Shown: one piece after another, positions 44,266 through 46,549 of the stretch
How positions within the stretch are numbered: position 1 is the stretch's first letter
Layout of the letters: the number at the start of each line of letters is the position of its first letter
Assembly: GCA_964416925.1 (NCBI GenBank)
Contig: CAYQFQ010000001.1
Location: 1 to 46,549, forward strand
DNA from: an uncultured Candidatus Saccharibacteria bacterium
GTDB taxonomy: Bacteria > Patescibacteriota > Minisyncoccia > Phycocordibacterales > GWA1-40-21
Length of the DNA stretch: 46,549 bases
Direction: 5' to 3'
Program-made: the position numbers and the translations under genes
The notes under the pieces: generated by a model
What the model saw: the letters and a program-made list of their open reading frames with translations, nothing else
Told to the model about the DNA's origin: nothing
Database searches by the model: none

Positions 44266-45912
44266 CTATGGATTAACCACCCTCAAAAGTTCTTCAAGAG
44301 TAGTAATCCCCCCTTTAACTTTTTGAACACCATCTTCAAACATAGATTTGAAACCCTGTCCCCTTACGAGTGTCGTGATATCTTTTGTTGATGGGTTCTT
44401 GGCTATTAGGTCTTGCAGCTCCGGAGATGTAACAATATATTCAAATACTCCAACCCGTCCCTTATATCCAGTTTGTGCACAAACATCACAACCCTTTCCC
44501 TTATAAAGAACCAAGGATTTTTCCGGAAAAAATTTAGAAACGTCCGGACCAAATTTATCAAGATCCTTTTTTGACGCAGTAAAGCTATATCTACAAGTAT
44601 CACATATTTTTCTAGCAAGTCGCTGAGAAAGAATAAGCTCAATAGTTGAACCTAACATAAATGACTCAATACCCATATCCATAAAACGTGGAATTGCGGT
44701 TGCTGCGTTGTTTGAGTGAAAAGTAGACAACAGTAAGTGCCCTGTTAGTGCTGCATTTACAGCAATATCAGCTGTTTCAAGATCTCTAATTTCACCAACC
44801 AAGATAACATTTGGGTCCTGTCTCGCTATAGCACGGAGTCCTTTTGCGAAAGTTAAATTTGTTTGGGAATTTGCTTGGATTTGATTTATACCCTGAATCT
44901 TATACTCTACTGGATCTTCGATCGTTGTTATGTTGATTTTCTTGGTATTTATAACCCTGAGTAATGAATACAGTGTTGTTGTCTTTCCAGAACCAGTTGG
45001 ACCAGTAACAAGAATCATTCCAAAAGGTTTGTGAGCACTCTTAACTAATTGTTCCTGAAGTTCGCTAGATAGACCGAGGTTACTTAAGGTTAAATCTTCT
45101 ATGTATGAAGAAAGAATTCTAATGGCCACTTTCTCGCCATCAAGTGTAGGAATTATAGAAACTCTCAAATCTACTGGTTGAGCATATTCCTTTGAGCTAA
45201 ATCTTATTGCGCCGTCTTGTGAGCTAAAATGTTCATCAATACGAAGTTTAGCCAAAACCTTAAAACGGTTTACGATATTTTCATAAAATTCCTTTGGTAT
45301 TTTTCCTGCTTCATGCAAAACACCATCGACTCTAAAACGAACCACAACTTCTGTCTCCTGAGGTTCACAATGAACATCTGATGCTTTAAGCGAAAGTGCA
45401 TCTTCGATAATCTGGTCAACAATTTCAGGCGTTGCTTTACCTTTACTCTCAAGAAGCTTAAGAAATCTTGTATTTAGTCCATTCGTATAGTTAACAAATA
45501 GATCATCTATTTCTTCTTCTAAAGCAAAAGCTACTTTAATTTTTTTATTAGGGAAAATACTCTTTAACACGTCTGGTAACTCTGCGTTTTTTGGATCATT
45601 TGTTGCAAAAACTATTTCGGTTTTTTTCTGTTCATATATAACAACATTAAACTTCTTGGCTGTATCCTCAGGAATCATTAAGACAACTTCTTTCGAAGGA
45701 GCATTAGAACTTAGGTTTGCGTATGGTACACCTAGAGACTCAGCAATAGCTTGTCCAATTATATTTTTAGATATTAGCCCTTCAAATAACAAATAATCAA
45801 TAACCGATCCCCTACGGTCTTGAGCATACCCCTCTGCTTTTTTTATGTCATCAGCAGTAATATAATTACCTTCAACAAGAATCTTTTCTATAGCTGATTC
45901 ATCAAATTTCAT
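44266..45912 (-). CDS. pilB: type IV pilus assembly ATPase (GspE/PilB family)
   Basis: Walker A GPTGSGKTT, Asp box, Walker B VILVGEIRD, His box and tetracysteine CDTC...CDVC. Confidence 0.9.
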   Translation of the reverse strand: MKFDESAIEKILVEGNYITADDIKKAEGYAQDRRGSVIDYLLFEGLISKNIIGQAIAESLGVPYANLSSNAPSKEVVLMIPEDTAKKFNVVIYEQKKTEIVFATNDPKNAELPDVLKSIFPNKKIKVAFALEEEIDDLFVNYTNGLNTRFLKLLESKGKATPEIVDQIIEDALSLKASDVHCEPQETEVVVRFRVDGVLHEAGKIPKEFYENIVNRFKVLAKLRIDEHFSSQDGAIRFSSKEYAQPVDLRVSIIPTLDGEKVAIRILSSYIEDLTLSNLGLSSELQEQLVKSAHKPFGMILVTGPTGSGKTTTLYSLLRVINTKKINITTIEDPVEYKIQGINQIQANSQTNLTFAKGLRAIARQDPNVILVGEIRDLETADIAVNAALTGHLLLSTFHSNNAATAIPRFMDMGIESFMLGSTIELILSQRLARKICDTCRYSFTASKKDLDKFGPDVSKFFPEKSLVLYKGKGCDVCAQTGYKGRVGVFEYIVTSPELQDLIAKNPSTKDITTLVRGQGFKSMFEDGVQKVKGGITTLEELLRVVNP

Positions 45913-46020
45913 AATAATTTTTATTATTTGTTTTTAAAAAAAACTTTTGCTTTTACTAGTAATATTTTAACATAAATTTAAATATATTGTATATAGTAAA
46001 ACTATAACATTACAAAATAC

Positions 46021-46470
46021 TTAGACCTCGCTATGCTTTGTGTTCTCCGGCTTTCGAATCCCACAAGAATACGACCGGTTGGAATTTCGACCATTACATG
46101 GTCAGTACCCTCATTGGATTTTTTGTTTCGCTCTGCTCACAAAAAATGCTCAATGAGGCTTCGAATCCCAACGCAAGTGAATACTGAGGGGATTCGGCTA
46201 TTACATAGCCAGGTACTTTTCCATCTCGAAGACTCGATAAGGAAAAGTCTTTCGAATCCCACACGGAGGCAAGCAGTTGCGAGACTAGCGGGATATATTC
46301 GGTCACGAGTTTTTTGTTCGCCGTCGCTCACAAAAACCCTCGACCCCGACTCGCTATTTTTCCTGCTAGAAAAATTAGCTCCGTCTTTCGAATCCCAGCG
46401 TGAGTGAATACTTTCACTCACTCCGGTCGCGCAAATAAAATAGCCCCCTTTTGGGGGCTATTTTTATTTG
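46021..46470 (-). ncRNA. tRNA-Asp trailer: mirror segment followed by a tandem array of at least four stem-closed modules
   Basis: Minus-sense order: hairpin 46436-46468, TGCGCGACCGG (anti-acceptor, 11/11), hairpin GTGAGTGAA..TTCACTCAC, TGGGATTCGAA (anti-T, 11/11). Then modules closed by GGGATTC/GAATCCC-type stems. TTCGAATCCCA recurs on the plus strand at 46053, 46160, 46251 and 46387. Confidence 0.55.
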
Positions 46471-46544
46471 CGCGACCGGTGGGATTCGAACCCATGACCT
46501 CTCCCGTGACAGGGGAGCGCTCTAACCAGCTGAGCTACGATCGC
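46471..46544 (-). tRNA. tRNA-Asp(GUC)
   Basis: Acceptor GCGATCG/CGGTCGC (one G:U), anticodon loop CTGTCAC, T arm ATGGG-TTCGAAT-CCCAC. Confidence 0.9.
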
Positions 46545-46549
46545 ATTAT

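Noticed and set aside
46053-46397. CRISPR-like array (a repeated 11-mer at intervals of about 100 nt)
   Set aside because: The spacing is irregular (107, 91, 136 nt). The repeat core is only 11-13 nt and is a tRNA T-loop sequence. The spacers are themselves conserved hairpin modules. There are no cas genes.
46033-46421. 124-aa, 70-aa and 94-aa ORFs
   Set aside because: They lie entirely within the repeat and hairpin array next to tRNA-Asp. They have no SD, and the repeated FRIP/SNPT peptides simply reflect the repeated TTCGAATCCCA.

Overview
Low-GC (about 30-35% by eye) bacterial chromosome segment. Gene content and style suggest a Patescibacteria/CPR-like genome, but that is inference. UGA is a stop codon: RF2 is present and TGA ends ORFs. 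The tRNA genes do not encode CCA.

Ordinary content:
- class II ribonucleotide reductase, malic enzyme, LemA/NUDIX/HtpX, SecG, a family-5 solute-binding protein, RNase J
- an MFS transporter and a methyltransferase
- a CcdA plus thioredoxin-like redox pair
- FtsE/FtsX, RF2 and two DedA/TVP38 proteins
- a hemerythrin plus two-component block next to a type IV pilus operon (PilB, PilC, four pilin-like genes, one of 906 aa)

Accessory-looking content:
- a 7-gene plus-strand block (19150-26283): two PEP-utilizer swivel-domain proteins, then HD, His-phosphatase, PRT-like, EEP and acyltransferase-3 proteins
- several short GC-rich cassettes, each with its own consensus promoter and terminator

Most unusual signal: 5 of the 7 tRNA genes (Leu-UAG, Gln-CUG, Thr-GGU, Asp-GUC and the truncated one at the left edge) are followed by GC-rich structured trailers.
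- Each trailer opens with reverse complements of that tRNA's own acceptor 3' strand and, at the four complete tRNAs, of its T arm.
- Conserved hairpin modules follow. They show G:U-compatible covariation on the tRNA-sense strand.
- Most modules end in a pseudo-copy of the tRNA 3' end, and some loci carry them in tandem.
- I cannot assign these elements to any RNA family I know.

Also notable: tRNA-Thr(GGU) is split after anticodon position 36 by a 177-nt structured intron, and a roughly 370-nt promoter-to-terminator GC-rich unit lacks a convincing ORF (13930-14305).
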